Source: Rhodospirillales bacterium Ga0074136
GTDB taxonomy: Bacteria > Pseudomonadota > Alphaproteobacteria > Acetobacterales > Acetobacteraceae
Assembly (NCBI GenBank): GCA_001464375.1
Contig: LNEW01000220.1
Coordinates: 1,228-65,227, forward strand
Direction: 5' to 3'
Length of the DNA: 64,000 nucleotides
Shown: piece after piece, positions 55,291 through 64,000 of the stretch
How positions within the stretch are numbered: position 1 is the stretch's first letter
Layout: every line of letters starts with the position of its first letter
The notes under the pieces: model-generated
The model's input: the letters and a program-made list of their open reading frames with translations, nothing else
Databases searched by the model: none
What the model was told of the DNA's origin: nothing
Translations under genes and position numbers: made by a program

Positions 55291-57045
55291 TCAGGCCGCC
55301 GCATCGCGCACGGCGTCGGAAAGCCGTGCGGCATCGGCCATGGGCAGCGGCAGGTAGCGCGCGCCCATCGCCGCGGCGAGGTCCCTGGCGAATTGCTGCG
55401 GCCGCGGCGCGGTATCGACCAGCAATGCCGGCACGGCGGCGATGCGCAGCGGCTTCGCGGCATCCAGCGCATCGGTTTCCGCCTGCGCACGGCCGCCCGT
55501 GCCATCGCGCGCGACATTGGCGCGGCCATCGGTCAGCAGCACCAGCAACGGCGTGCGGCCGGCCCGGCGGCAGGCCTCGACCATGCCACGCGCCGCATCG
55601 AGCCCGGCGGCGAGCGGGGTACCGCCGCCGCCTGGCAACCCGGCCAGCGACCGCTTCGCGCGCACCAGCGAGGCCGTCGGCGGCAGCAGCACCTCGGCGC
55701 CACGCCCGCGAAAACCGATCAGCGCCACCTTGTCGCGCCGCACGTAGCAATCGGCCAGCAGCAATTCGACCGCGCCCTTGGCTTCGGAGAGGCGGTGCAT
55801 GGCCGCGGAGCCGGAGGCATCCACCACGAAGATCGCGGTGGTCTCCTGCGGTGCATCGAAGCGGCGCAGGCGAATGTCCTCCCGCTTCACGAGCAGCCGC
55901 GGGCCGCCGGCACGCCCGCGGCGGCGGATCGGCTGCCAGGGGGCGGCGGCGCGCAACGTCTCGACCAGGGCGAGCCTTGCGCCGGCGCGCAATTCGCCCT
56001 GCCGCGTGCCGGCGGGGCGGCCACGCAGCGGCGTGGCGTGGCGTGCCCCGGCCCGGCCATCGGGCGACGCGCGCCGCGCCGCATCACGCAGCCCGGCGCC
56101 AAGCCCGGCCAGCAGCCCTTCCGGCAGCACGGCGCGCGCAGCATCCAGCACGCGATCCTCGAGCGGCGCGTCGGTGCTCTCGCCCTTGGGCGCATCCTGC
56201 GTGTCGCCCTGCTCGGGTGGCGGCGGTTCCTCGGCCGGCGGCGTATCGGCGTCGGGCATGCGGGTCGCGCGCGGGGCCAGCACCAGGCGGGCGGCAAGGG
56301 CGGCGTCCTCCGCCAGCACGGTGTCGCGCCCGGCCAGCGCGGCAGCGGCGATGGCGACGCGCTGCGCCAGCATCGGCGCGCGCAGCGAGGCGATGCCCAG
56401 CGCCACCGCAGCGCCGCACAGCGCCTGCGTCACGTCGTGCGGCACCGTCACGCTATCCAGCCGCGCGCGCGCCGCCGCGATGTCGGGCAGGGTGCCGGCG
56501 GGTGCCGGCGGCAGCGGCATGATGTGGAAGGCGAGACGGTCGCGCAGCGCGGCGGCGACGCCCTCGTCCTCGATACCCTCGTCCAGCGCGACCAGGCCGA
56601 AGCGCGCCGGCAGGCGTCGCGCCAGGCCATCGCGTTCCAGCGCGACCTCGCGCGCATCCATCACCGCGGCCATGCGCGCGGCCATGCCGGGTTCGGCGCG
56701 TTCCGCCATCGCCAGCAGCAGCACCCCGCCATCGGCTTCGGCCAACACGCCGCGTTCGGCCACCGGTCGCCCCGCCGCGAGCGTGGCCGCGAGATCAAGC
56801 CCGCCGAGCAGCCGGCTGTCCGGCACCGAGGCCGGCATCCGGCGCCACGCGCAGCCCTGTGGCAGCGCGCCGCGCAGCAGCGCCAGCCAGCCGTCGCGTT
56901 CCGGACCGGGTGCCGCCCGCAGGACGGCGCCGCCAAGCCCGACCGGATCAACCGCCAGCAGCAGCGCCGCGGCACGCTGGTCCTGAACCGTGGCCGGGTC
57001 CGGCGCCGCGCGCGGCGGGGCGCGCCCGTCGCCGGCGGCGCTCAC
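55291..57045 (-). CDS. bchD: magnesium chelatase subunit D
   Basis: 3' part of ORF 55291..57261. GTG at 57045 overlaps the bchI stop (GTGA). Degenerate AAA-like N-domain, Pro/acidic linker (PPAEEPPPPEQGD), C-terminal vWA domain with MIDAS DASGS. Confidence 0.9.
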   Translation of the reverse strand: MSAAGDGRAPPRAAPDPATVQDQRAAALLLAVDPVGLGGAVLRAAPGPERDGWLALLRGALPQGCAWRRMPASVPDSRLLGGLDLAATLAAGRPVAERGVLAEADGGVLLLAMAERAEPGMAARMAAVMDAREVALERDGLARRLPARFGLVALDEGIEDEGVAAALRDRLAFHIMPLPPAPAGTLPDIAAARARLDSVTVPHDVTQALCGAAVALGIASLRAPMLAQRVAIAAAALAGRDTVLAEDAALAARLVLAPRATRMPDADTPPAEEPPPPEQGDTQDAPKGESTDAPLEDRVLDAARAVLPEGLLAGLGAGLRDAARRASPDGRAGARHATPLRGRPAGTRQGELRAGARLALVETLRAAAPWQPIRRRGRAGGPRLLVKREDIRLRRFDAPQETTAIFVVDASGSAAMHRLSEAKGAVELLLADCYVRRDKVALIGFRGRGAEVLLPPTASLVRAKRSLAGLPGGGGTPLAAGLDAARGMVEACRRAGRTPLLVLLTDGRANVARDGTGGRAQAETDALDAAKPLRIAAVPALLVDTAPRPQQFARDLAAAMGARYLPLPMADAARLSDAVRDAAA

Positions 57046-58145
57046 GGCCCGAACAGCTCGCTGACCGCGCGCTCGACACGGGTGGAGGAGGACGTCTCGT
57101 CGAGCGGATTGCGCCGCAGGCGGTGGCGCAGCGCGGGGCTGGCCACGGCGCGCAATTCGGCATCGCCCACCACCTGCCGGCCCTCCAGCGCGGCATGGGC
57201 ACGCGCGGCCCGGATCAGCGTGAGCTCTCCGCGCAGGCCATCGGTGCCCAGCGCGATGCACAGCTGTGCGGCGCGTTCCAGCGCGGCATCCGGCACCTCG
57301 ATGCTGGCGATCATCGCGCGTGCGGCAAGGATGCGGCGCCGCAGCTTCGCTTGCTCCTTATCCCACGCGGCGCAGAAGGCGGCATGGTCGCGTTCGTAGG
57401 AATCGCGACGGCGTATCACCTCGATGCGCGTCGGCAGGTCCATCGGCGTGCGGACCTCGACGCACAGGCCGAAGCGGTCGAGCAGCTGCGGGCGGAGTTC
57501 GCCTTCCTCGGGATTGCCCGACCCCACCAGCACGAAGCGCGCCGGGTGACGGATGGAGATGCCCTCGCGCTCCACCAGGTTCTCGCCCGAGGCCGCGACA
57601 TCGAGCAGCAGGTCGACCAGGTGGTCCTCGAGCAGGTTCACCTCGTCGATATAGAGGAAGCCGCGATGCGCGCGCGCCAGCAGGCCGGGCTCGAAGGCCT
57701 TCACGCCGTCGGCCAGCGCACGCTCGATGTCGAGCGCACCAGCCACGCGGTCCTCCGTCGCGCCGAGCGGCAGGTCGACAACCGGCACCGGCACCTCGAT
57801 CCCGCGCAGGCGCGGCTTGGTGCGGCAGGCATCGCACAGCGCGGCGGCGTCGCCGGGGTCGCAGCCATAGCGGCAGCCCTCGACCGCCTTCATCGGCGGC
57901 AGCAGCGCGGCCAGCGCGCGTACCGCGGTCGACTTGCCCGTACCGCGGTCGCCCAGCACCAGCACGCCGCCGATGCTGCCATCGACGGCGGCGATCAGCA
58001 GGGCGCGCAGCATCTCCTCCTGCGCGACGATCGCCGCGAAGGGATAGGGCGCACGGCCCGCGGGCACGCCGCGCGCCGGTTTCGAGCGGGTGGAGACGGG
58101 GTTCGCATCGCCACCCCGGCCGTGATCGCCGGGTACGGAATCCAT
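57042..58145 (-). CDS. bchI: magnesium chelatase ATPase subunit I
   Basis: ORF 57042..58178, with the likely start MDSVPGD at 58145 (ATGA overlap with the hemA stop). Walker A GDRGTGKST, Walker B YIDEVNLL, LDRFGL. Confidence 0.95.
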   Translation of the reverse strand: MDSVPGDHGRGGDANPVSTRSKPARGVPAGRAPYPFAAIVAQEEMLRALLIAAVDGSIGGVLVLGDRGTGKSTAVRALAALLPPMKAVEGCRYGCDPGDAAALCDACRTKPRLRGIEVPVPVVDLPLGATEDRVAGALDIERALADGVKAFEPGLLARAHRGFLYIDEVNLLEDHLVDLLLDVAASGENLVEREGISIRHPARFVLVGSGNPEEGELRPQLLDRFGLCVEVRTPMDLPTRIEVIRRRDSYERDHAAFCAAWDKEQAKLRRRILAARAMIASIEVPDAALERAAQLCIALGTDGLRGELTLIRAARAHAALEGRQVVGDAELRAVASPALRHRLRRNPLDETSSSTRVERAVSELFGP

Positions 58146-59356
58146 CAGGCGGCCCGGCGGAGGCTGAATCGGGCCCACACATCCTCCAGCGACGCGACCA
58201 GGTGGTCCATGTCGGCATCGCTGTGCACGGGCGATGGGGTGATCCGCAGCCGCTCCGTGCCGCGCGGCACGGTGGGGTAGTTGATCGGCTGCACATAGAC
58301 CCCGTGCTCGTCCAGCAGCAGGTCCGAGATGTTCTTGCAGATGACCGGGTCGTAGACCATCACCGGCACGATGTGGCTGTCGTTCTGCAGGTGCGGCACG
58401 CCCACCGCGTCAAGGCGGCGGCGCAGCGTGGCGGCGCGTTCGTGCAGCAGCGTGCGCTCGACGTTGCTCGCCCGCAGATGCTGGATCGCGGCGCGCGCGC
58501 CGGCCGCCACCGCCGGCGGCAGCGCGGTCGAGAAGATGAAGCCCGAGGCGAAGGACCGCACGAAGTCGCACATCGCGTGCGTGCCGGCGATGTAGCCGCC
58601 GATCACGCCGAACGCCTTGGCCAGCGTGCCCTCGATGACCGTGAGGCGATGCGATGCGCCGTCGCGTTCCGTGACGCCACCGCCGGTCGGGCCGTACAGG
58701 CCGACGCCGTGCACCTCGTCGCAATACGTCATGGCGCCGAATTCCTCGGCCACGTCGCAGATGTCGTGGATCGGCGCGATGTCGCCGTCCATCGAGTAGA
58801 CGCTTTCGAAGGCCACCAGCTTCGGCGCGCGGGGGTCGAGCTCCGACAGCACGCGGCGCAGGTCGACCACGTCGTTGTGGCGGAACAGGCGGCGTTCGGC
58901 GCGCGAGTGGCGCATGCCCTCGATCATCGAGGCATGGTTCATCTCGTCGGAGATGATGACGCAGCCCGGCATGCGCGAGCCCAGAGTGGACAGCGACGCC
59001 CAGTTCGACATGTAGCCGGAGTTGAACAGCAGCGCCGCTTCCGTCCCGTGCAGCGCGGCGAGTTCCTGTTCCAGCAGCACATGCGCGTGGTTGGTGCCTG
59101 AGATGTTGCGCGTGCCGCCGGCACCGGCGCCGTAGCGGTCGAGCGCATCATGCATGGCGGTAAGCACCTTGGGGTGCTGGCCCATCCCGAGGTAGTCGTT
59201 CGAGCACCACACCGTCACCTCGCGCGCCTTGCCGGCGTCGTGGCGGATGGCGCGGGGGAAGGCGCCGGCCTGGCGCTCGATGTCGGCGAAGACGCGGTAG
59301 CGGCCCTCGCGCCGGAGACCGTCGAGCTGCGCGCGGAAATAGGCTTCGTAGTTCAT
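58145..59356 (-). CDS. hemA: 5-aminolevulinate synthase
   Basis: Inner start [23 protein letters not shown] of ORF 58145..59401. GNDYLGM-type motif (SNDYLGM), PLP-lysine region [17 protein letters not shown]. Confidence 0.95.
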   Translation of the reverse strand: MNYEAYFRAQLDGLRREGRYRVFADIERQAGAFPRAIRHDAGKAREVTVWCSNDYLGMGQHPKVLTAMHDALDRYGAGAGGTRNISGTNHAHVLLEQELAALHGTEAALLFNSGYMSNWASLSTLGSRMPGCVIISDEMNHASMIEGMRHSRAERRLFRHNDVVDLRRVLSELDPRAPKLVAFESVYSMDGDIAPIHDICDVAEEFGAMTYCDEVHGVGLYGPTGGGVTERDGASHRLTVIEGTLAKAFGVIGGYIAGTHAMCDFVRSFASGFIFSTALPPAVAAGARAAIQHLRASNVERTLLHERAATLRRRLDAVGVPHLQNDSHIVPVMVYDPVICKNISDLLLDEHGVYVQPINYPTVPRGTERLRITPSPVHSDADMDHLVASLEDVWARFSLRRAA

Positions 59357-59465
59357 GGCGTCACCCCCCGGGTGCTCTGTTGCGCCTTGGTTGACCAGCA
59401 TGCGCGACGGCGCGGCGCGATGCCGTATCGGTCCCGGTTCCGGCCCGGATTGTCACTGACCTGGA

Positions 59466-60536
59466 TCATGCCGCGGCCGGCCGCAGGCAGGTGAGCAGCG
59501 CGGCGCGCAGCCGCATCAGGTCGCTGGTGGGGCCCACCGCGACGACGCGCGGCGCGGCATTGGCACCCGGCGTGATGGGCGCCACGCGTGCCCGCCCGTC
59601 CGAGAGGTCGAACTGCACCCAGCCGGAGGGCGAGCGCAGCGTGCCGCGCAGGCTCTCGACCGGGCCATAGGCGCCGTCCGCGACCTCGTTCAGCAGGTGG
59701 CCGAGGCGGTCGGCGTCGCAGGGTGCCGACAGGCCGGATTCCCAGGCGGCCATGCGCGCGGCGGGGCGGCCCGCAGCCTCGCGCCGGTCCATGGCCCAGC
59801 GCCACAGCCGCTCGATCGGCAGCGGCATCATCAGGAACCAATGTTCCAGCACCGCGAGCGCGGCCAGCGTGCCGAGCAGGCTCGCCCCCGTCACGTCGAA
59901 CGGTGTCGCCCCCATGGCGAAGGCGTGGTGGAACAGCCAGGCGCAGAACAGCGTGGACGCCATGACGGAGACAGGGAACAGCAGGTTCATCGACCGGTGG
60001 CGGAAATAGGACCCGATGTAGCGCAGATGGTCCGGCAGGAAGACTTCGCCAGTGTTCCGCGCGCCCAGAAAGATGTTGATCTTGGTGGATTGGCGCATCA
60101 CCCACAGGATCATGAAGGTCCAGGCGGCCACCTGGTTGGCGGCGCCCCAGGACAGCACCAGGATCGCGGCCGCCGCGGCAATGATCGCGAGTTCATGCCA
60201 CAGGATCACGCCGATCGCGGCGAGCACGCGCCGCGGGCCCGACAGCCCCGGCGGGCACGGCGTGCGCACCGGCCCGGTGATGATGCCGGTCAGGAAGGAC
60301 AATTCGATCCAGCCCCAGACCGCCAGGCCGCACACGAAGCCGAGGTAGGCGCCGAGGACGGTGGTCTCGTCACGCAGCGCCCAAACCCCGATCAGCGCAG
60401 CGGCCAGCAAGCCGCTCGCGACGCCCATCGACCGGCGGAAGGTCTCCCGCCGCAGCCCGTCCAGCAACAGGATCAGCCCGGTGCTGAACCACCAGGCGAA
60501 GATCGTGACGAGGATGGGCAGGCCGATCGCGGCCAT
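59466..60536 (-). CDS. puhE: photosynthetic complex assembly protein PuhE (DUF3623-like membrane domain) with an extra roughly 105-aa C-terminal soluble domain
   Basis: 356-aa ORF: MAAIGLPILVTIFAWWFSTGLILLLDG... Multi-TM to about residue 245, then a hydrophilic tail. acsF-puhE-hemA order as in other photosynthesis gene clusters. Confidence 0.8.
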   Translation of the reverse strand: MAAIGLPILVTIFAWWFSTGLILLLDGLRRETFRRSMGVASGLLAAALIGVWALRDETTVLGAYLGFVCGLAVWGWIELSFLTGIITGPVRTPCPPGLSGPRRVLAAIGVILWHELAIIAAAAAILVLSWGAANQVAAWTFMILWVMRQSTKINIFLGARNTGEVFLPDHLRYIGSYFRHRSMNLLFPVSVMASTLFCAWLFHHAFAMGATPFDVTGASLLGTLAALAVLEHWFLMMPLPIERLWRWAMDRREAAGRPAARMAAWESGLSAPCDADRLGHLLNEVADGAYGPVESLRGTLRSPSGWVQFDLSDGRARVAPITPGANAAPRVVAVGPTSDLMRLRAALLTCLRPAAA

Positions 60537-60557
60537 GGGGCGCGGTTCCTCCCTGCC

Positions 60558-61661
60558 CTACCAGGCCGGCGCCAGGCGGGCGTCGGCGGGCAGTTCGTGC
60601 CGGCGCGGCCGTCGCAGGAAGGCGCGCAGGAAGGTGGCGCCGGCCGCGACCGTCAGCCCGGCCCGCTTCACGCCGCCCAGCACGCCGCCCTGCGCCTTCG
60701 CTGCGCCAATGGACTCCGCCAGCGTGCGGAGCTTCTCCATGTCACGCAGGAAGCCCGGGTGGTCGATGTCGAGCGTCGCCGGGAAGACCTGGCGGCAGAT
60801 CTCCTCGGTGATGCGGAACACGCGCATGTCGTAGTCGGTCGGTGTCATGCCGAGCGCCTTGTGGAATTCCGGCCGTGCATGGTCGCGCACGTACATCGTG
60901 GCGAAGACCGCGAGCTGGAAGAAGCGGCACCACCAGACATTGCCGCCACTGACCAGCGACGGGTTTGCGCGCATCAGCAGGGCGAAGGCCTCGCCGTGGC
61001 GGAACTCGTCGTTGCACCACTTCTCGAACCACTGGAAAATCGGGTGGAAGCGAAGCTCGGGGTGCTTCTCGAACTGCCGGAAGATGGTGATGTAGCGGGC
61101 GTAGCCGATCTTCTCCGACAGATAAGTGGCGTAGAAGATGAACTTCGGCTGGAAGTAGTGGTACTTCTTGGCGCGCGTGAGGAACCCCAGGTCCACGCCG
61201 ACGCCGATATCCTTCAGGCTGTCGTTGATGAAGCCGGCATGGCGGCTTTCGTCACGGGCCATCACGGAGAACAGCTCCTTGATGTCGGGGTTGGTCACGC
61301 GCTTCTTGATCTCGGCATAGAGCACGCAGCCGGAGAATTCCGCCGTGACGCTGCTCACCAGGAACTCGACCAGTTCCTTCTGCAGGCCGGGCGGCAGGCT
61401 GCTGAGGTCGAACTTGTCGAAATCCTCGTTGCGGACGAAGTGGCCCTTGTTGGGGTCGGCGCGGAACTCGTCCATCAGCCGGTCCCACTGCACGCGCAGC
61501 GGTTCGACATCGACCTTGTCCATGGCCGCGAAATCGGTGGTGTAGAAGCGCGGGCTGAGCGCCGTCTCGGTCATCGCCATCTTCGTGGCGACGGCGGAGG
61601 ATCCCTGCTTGGTCGTGATCAGCCCATCATCCGGGCCGCCGAGGACGAGCGCTTCCATCAC
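60558..61661 (-). CDS. acsF: oxygen-dependent Mg-protoporphyrin IX monomethyl ester cyclase
   Basis: 367-aa ORF: SPRFYTTDF... and di-iron ExxH motifs ([20 protein letters not shown]). GTG 61661 or ATG 61658 overlaps the upstream stop. Confidence 0.93.
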   Translation of the reverse strand: MMEALVLGGPDDGLITTKQGSSAVATKMAMTETALSPRFYTTDFAAMDKVDVEPLRVQWDRLMDEFRADPNKGHFVRNEDFDKFDLSSLPPGLQKELVEFLVSSVTAEFSGCVLYAEIKKRVTNPDIKELFSVMARDESRHAGFINDSLKDIGVGVDLGFLTRAKKYHYFQPKFIFYATYLSEKIGYARYITIFRQFEKHPELRFHPIFQWFEKWCNDEFRHGEAFALLMRANPSLVSGGNVWWCRFFQLAVFATMYVRDHARPEFHKALGMTPTDYDMRVFRITEEICRQVFPATLDIDHPGFLRDMEKLRTLAESIGAAKAQGGVLGGVKRAGLTVAAGATFLRAFLRRPRRHELPADARLAPAW

Positions 61662-61978
61662 GCCGCCTCCTTCGGTTCGAAGCCGCAGTGGTACAGCTCC
61701 GTCAGTTCAAAGATCGCGACCCATTGCGTCCAGGCACGCGTGAGCGGCCCGGCGCGATAGACGGTAGCGCGCGTCTCGAAGCTCATCTTCTCGCCGAACG
61801 CGATGTGGTCGGGCGTGCCATGCACCACGACACGGTCACCCGGGCGCAGGTCGACGCCTTCCGGCACGGCATAGGCGTGGAAGCTGTCGAAGCTGCGCTC
61901 GATCTCGACGGTGCAGGGAACCTCCAGCGTGGAGGGTCCGCCCAGCCAGCGCGGCCAGCCATTGCCCTTCGTCGTCAT
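61658..61978 (-). CDS. bciE: small conserved photosynthesis-cluster protein between puhC and acsF (BciE-like auxiliary subunit of the aerobic cyclase)
   Basis: 106-aa ORF in the position of the 'hyp' gene of the puhABC-hyp-acsF-puhE-hemA arrangement. In Rhodobacter the gene directly upstream of acsF encodes BciE. Assignment is by position, not by a recognised motif. Confidence 0.6.
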   Translation of the reverse strand: MTTKGNGWPRWLGGPSTLEVPCTVEIERSFDSFHAYAVPEGVDLRPGDRVVVHGTPDHIAFGEKMSFETRATVYRAGPLTRAWTQWVAIFELTELYHCGFEPKEAA

Positions 61979-61980
61979 GT

Positions 61981-62427
61981 TTATTTCTCCCCGATTGGCA
62001 GGAGGCGCGCGAAGGCCTCCACTTGCGTCTGGCCGAAGGCCAGGAGGTCGAGGCGCCGTCCCGTGGCCGTATCATCGAGCGTCATGCGCCCATCGGTCCA
62101 GGCCACGAGGCGAAAGGGTGCCTCGGGCCCAAGATCGCGCATGCGGCGGTCGCGCGCCAGTCCGCGCAGCGTGCCGCGCATGAAGCCATCCGCGCCCGGC
62201 GCCGCCACAAGCACGTCGCGGCCGGTCGCGGCATCGGTCAGCACTACCGCGCCATCGCCGCGATCGGCCGCGACGAAGGTCCGCTCGCTGCGCACCATCG
62301 CTTCGCTGTCCGGCGCGCGCACCGAAGGCAGCGGGGCCACGGTCAGGACCACCACGGCCAGGATGACGAGTCCCATGCCGAGCACGGGACCCTTTCCGAA
62401 GACATCCTCACGCATGGTGCGGGGCAT
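61981..62427 (-). CDS. puhC: photosynthetic complex assembly protein PuhC
   Basis: Inner start MPRTMREDVFGKGPVLGMGLVILAVVVLTV (single TM) of ORF 61981..63030, then ...FVAADRGDGAVVLTDAATG...GFMRGTLRGLAR...FRLVAWTDGRMTLDD. Confidence 0.85.
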   Translation of the reverse strand: MPRTMREDVFGKGPVLGMGLVILAVVVLTVAPLPSVRAPDSEAMVRSERTFVAADRGDGAVVLTDAATGRDVLVAAPGADGFMRGTLRGLARDRRMRDLGPEAPFRLVAWTDGRMTLDDTATGRRLDLLAFGQTQVEAFARLLPIGEK

Positions 62428-62450
62428 GGCGGTCTCTCCCTTGTCGCGTG

Positions 62451-63125
62451 TCAGGCCATCGCCTCGGCGCCGGGGCGCGCCGGCACGTGAGCGGCATTGG
62501 CAATCGGCGTCACCGGCATCGAGGACGCGGCGGCGAGCGCCCGGCCCAGGGTCTGGGCGACGGCTTCGGCATCGGGCAGCGCACGAAGCATCGGTTCGGG
62601 CTGCGTGAAGCGCCACGGCCGGCAGTGCGGCCACAGCGCGATCCACGATGCCCGCTGCTTCGTCGCCAGGCGCAGCACCAGGTCCCCGGTGCCATCCGAA
62701 CGCCGCGACAACGCCGCGCTCTCGATCAACGCGAATGGCAGGTTGATGGTGACCGGCAAGGCGACACCGACGCGCATCACCACACGCCGGTTGGTGATGG
62801 AATAGACCGCACCGCGCGCCGCCATCCAGGCATAGGCCACGAGGAACGCGATCGGCATCGCCCCGATCGCCATCATCACGGCGGCGGCGGCCACGGCCTC
62901 GACCGCGCTGCCGCCATCCGCCGCGACCGAAGCGGCCTGCCAGACGGCGACCAGCGCGAAGTATGCGGCGATGGCGCGCACATGCAGCGCCCTGCGCGCC
63001 AGTCCACGCCATCCGGGGCGACCCTGCCACAGCAGCGTCTCGCCCTCCGGCAGGCGCTCAGGCAGGCCGGGCACGGGCTCGAAGCCGTGCTCGGTTACCG
63101 GCGGGCGGGCGGAGGCGGCGCTCAT
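62451..63125 (-). CDS. puhB: photosynthetic complex assembly protein PuhB
   Basis: 224-aa ORF: ...LPEGETLLWQGRP...YSITNRRVVMRVG...; bPH-like. ATGA overlap with the puhA stop. Confidence 0.85.
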   Translation of the reverse strand: MSAASARPPVTEHGFEPVPGLPERLPEGETLLWQGRPGWRGLARRALHVRAIAAYFALVAVWQAASVAADGGSAVEAVAAAAVMMAIGAMPIAFLVAYAWMAARGAVYSITNRRVVMRVGVALPVTINLPFALIESAALSRRSDGTGDLVLRLATKQRASWIALWPHCRPWRFTQPEPMLRALPDAEAVAQTLGRALAAASSMPVTPIANAAHVPARPGAEAMA

Positions 63126-63904
63126 ACCAGCGGCTCGCTGCGCTCGGGGGTGGCATGCAGGTGCCCACCGCCGAAGTAGCCGGCGATCATGTCCTCCTCG
63201 AGCAGCGTCACCTGCTCGGGCAGCTTGAGGCCCGGTGCTGCGGCGAGCTGCGCAGAGGTGACCGAGATCACCCGCACATCGCCATCATCGTTGATGGTCG
63301 CGAGGAACATCGGCACCAGCACGCGGCGGCCACCGACCGCATCGACCTCGAGGTAGCGCAGCACGTATTCCGACCGATCGACCCACAGGTCGACCACGGT
63401 GCCGGCGGTCTCGCCGTCCAGCGTGGTGACGGTGCGCCCGATCGGGTTCGGATCCTGCTCGGCCACGTGCCACCCGGGGGCGGCGCGCAGTGGCACGATC
63501 TTGGGCAGGTTGTCGTCATAGGCCAGGTCGGGCGTGTCGTGCCGCATGGCATAGGAGGCGGCGCCGACGCCATCGCGCATGGCATCGCCCTTCGGCGTGA
63601 TCGGGGTGCCGTTGTACGGGTCCTCGATCACCAGGTGGGAGATGTCGCGCTCGGGCTGGTCGCCCTGCGTGACGGTCGCGCCCGGCGGATAATGCAGGCG
63701 GAACACCTTGGGTGTCGGCGTTTCGCCGAAGCCGTGGATCGTGCCGAAATTCGGCCGGTCGGACCGGTCGGAGACCAGCGGATAGCCCTCCCGCTTGTTC
63801 TCGCGGTGCAGATAGAAGATCAGCCCCGCGAAGAAGGCGAAGAAGACGTAGAGCGACAGCGCCGCGAGGTCGAGGAACACCGGGGTGGGTGGTGGCGTGG
63901 GCAT
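63122..63904 (-). CDS. puhA: photosynthetic reaction-centre H subunit
   Basis: 260-aa ORF: N-terminal TM LDLAALSLYVFFAFFAGLIFYLHRENKREGYPL, PRC-barrel C-domain. RBS GGAGG upstream. Confidence 0.95.
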   Translation of the reverse strand: MPTPPPTPVFLDLAALSLYVFFAFFAGLIFYLHRENKREGYPLVSDRSDRPNFGTIHGFGETPTPKVFRLHYPPGATVTQGDQPERDISHLVIEDPYNGTPITPKGDAMRDGVGAASYAMRHDTPDLAYDDNLPKIVPLRAAPGWHVAEQDPNPIGRTVTTLDGETAGTVVDLWVDRSEYVLRYLEVDAVGGRRVLVPMFLATINDDGDVRVISVTSAQLAAAPGLKLPEQVTLLEEDMIAGYFGGGHLHATPERSEPLV

Positions 63905-63921
63905 GCTGGCCTCCGCTTCCT

Positions 63922-64000
63922 TCAGGGTCGAATGGATGCCGGATCGGCGGCGCCGGTCCGGGTGGGCACGGTTGGTCGCACGCGGGCCACGAGCGGCCCG
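63922..64000 (-). CDS. 3' end of an upstream minus-strand gene (lhaA expected here by synteny)
   Basis: A TGA at 63924..63922 closes an open minus-strand frame (...GAADPASIRP*) that runs off the right edge. Only about 26 codons are visible, so identity is inferred only from the usual lhaA-puhA order. Confidence 0.3.
   Translation of the reverse strand, partial: GPLVARVRPTVPTRTGAADPASIRP

Noticed and set aside
59357-59465. Possible PpsR box upstream of hemA
   Set aside because: Only near-misses are present (TGTTGCGCCTTGGTTGAC and TGTCACTGACCTGGATCA). Neither fits TGT-N12-ACA.
1-64000. Mobile elements, CRISPR arrays, tRNA/rRNA genes, toxin-antitoxin or classical defence systems
   Set aside because: I recognised no transposase, integrase or recombinase motifs. 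I saw no direct-repeat/spacer arrays and no tRNA-like T-arm (GGTTCGAATCC-type) or rRNA segments. I also found no nuclease/ATPase defence-type gene pairs. This was a visual scan only; tRNAscan or Infernal and a repeat finder would be decisive.

Overview
Very GC-rich alphaproteobacterial chromosome segment from a purple or aerobic anoxygenic phototroph. A Rhodospirillales/Acetobacteraceae origin is only a guess, and G+C was judged by eye, not computed. Most long ORFs in the six-frame track are arginine/alanine-rich shadow frames of the real genes. I called genes from recognisable protein motifs, start-site context and stop/start coupling.

Layout:
(1) 1-27.3 kb holds housekeeping and miscellaneous metabolism: recJ', glpX, hom, an aminotransferase, phaC, panE, an acyl-CoA ligase, argC, rpsI-rplM, an IlvD/Edd dehydratase, an M20 amidohydrolase, a peptide-type solute-binding protein and a D-aminoacylase.
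(2) 27.3-37.3 kb is an accessory block in which crtC and crtD are separated and surrounded by unusual enzymes. These are a PIG-L deacetylase / alpha-beta hydrolase / PBP-like operon, a GMC oxidoreductase translationally coupled to crtC, a P450 + ATP-grasp operon, and a polytopic membrane protein directly upstream of crtD.
(3) 37.3-63.9 kb is a photosynthesis gene cluster lying entirely on the minus strand. In transcription order it reads (lhaA')-puhA-puhB-puhC-bciE-like-acsF-puhE-hemA-bchI-bchD-bchO-DUF3422-crtB-bchE-bchJ-crtE-crtF-bchC-bchX-bchY-bchZ-pufB-pufA-pufL-pufM-pufC-crtI. Many junctions are ATGA/GTGA stop/start overlaps. PpsR/CrtJ-type TGT-N12-ACA boxes sit in three AT-rich gaps. A stem-loop follows pufA and a terminator follows pufC.

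I recognised no rRNA, tRNA, CRISPR array, transposase or integrase.

Most interesting candidates:
- the P450 / ATP-grasp / GMC-oxidoreductase / membrane-protein set embedded in the crtC-crtD locus, a possible undescribed carotenoid oxidation/conjugation module;
- a DUF3422-type, CorA-like-topology membrane protein translationally coupled between bchO and crtB;
- a CobW_C-like tail on PuhE;
- an atypical Cys/His-containing LH1 alpha C-terminus;
- three short in-frame deletions of conserved motifs in rplM, crtI and bchX.
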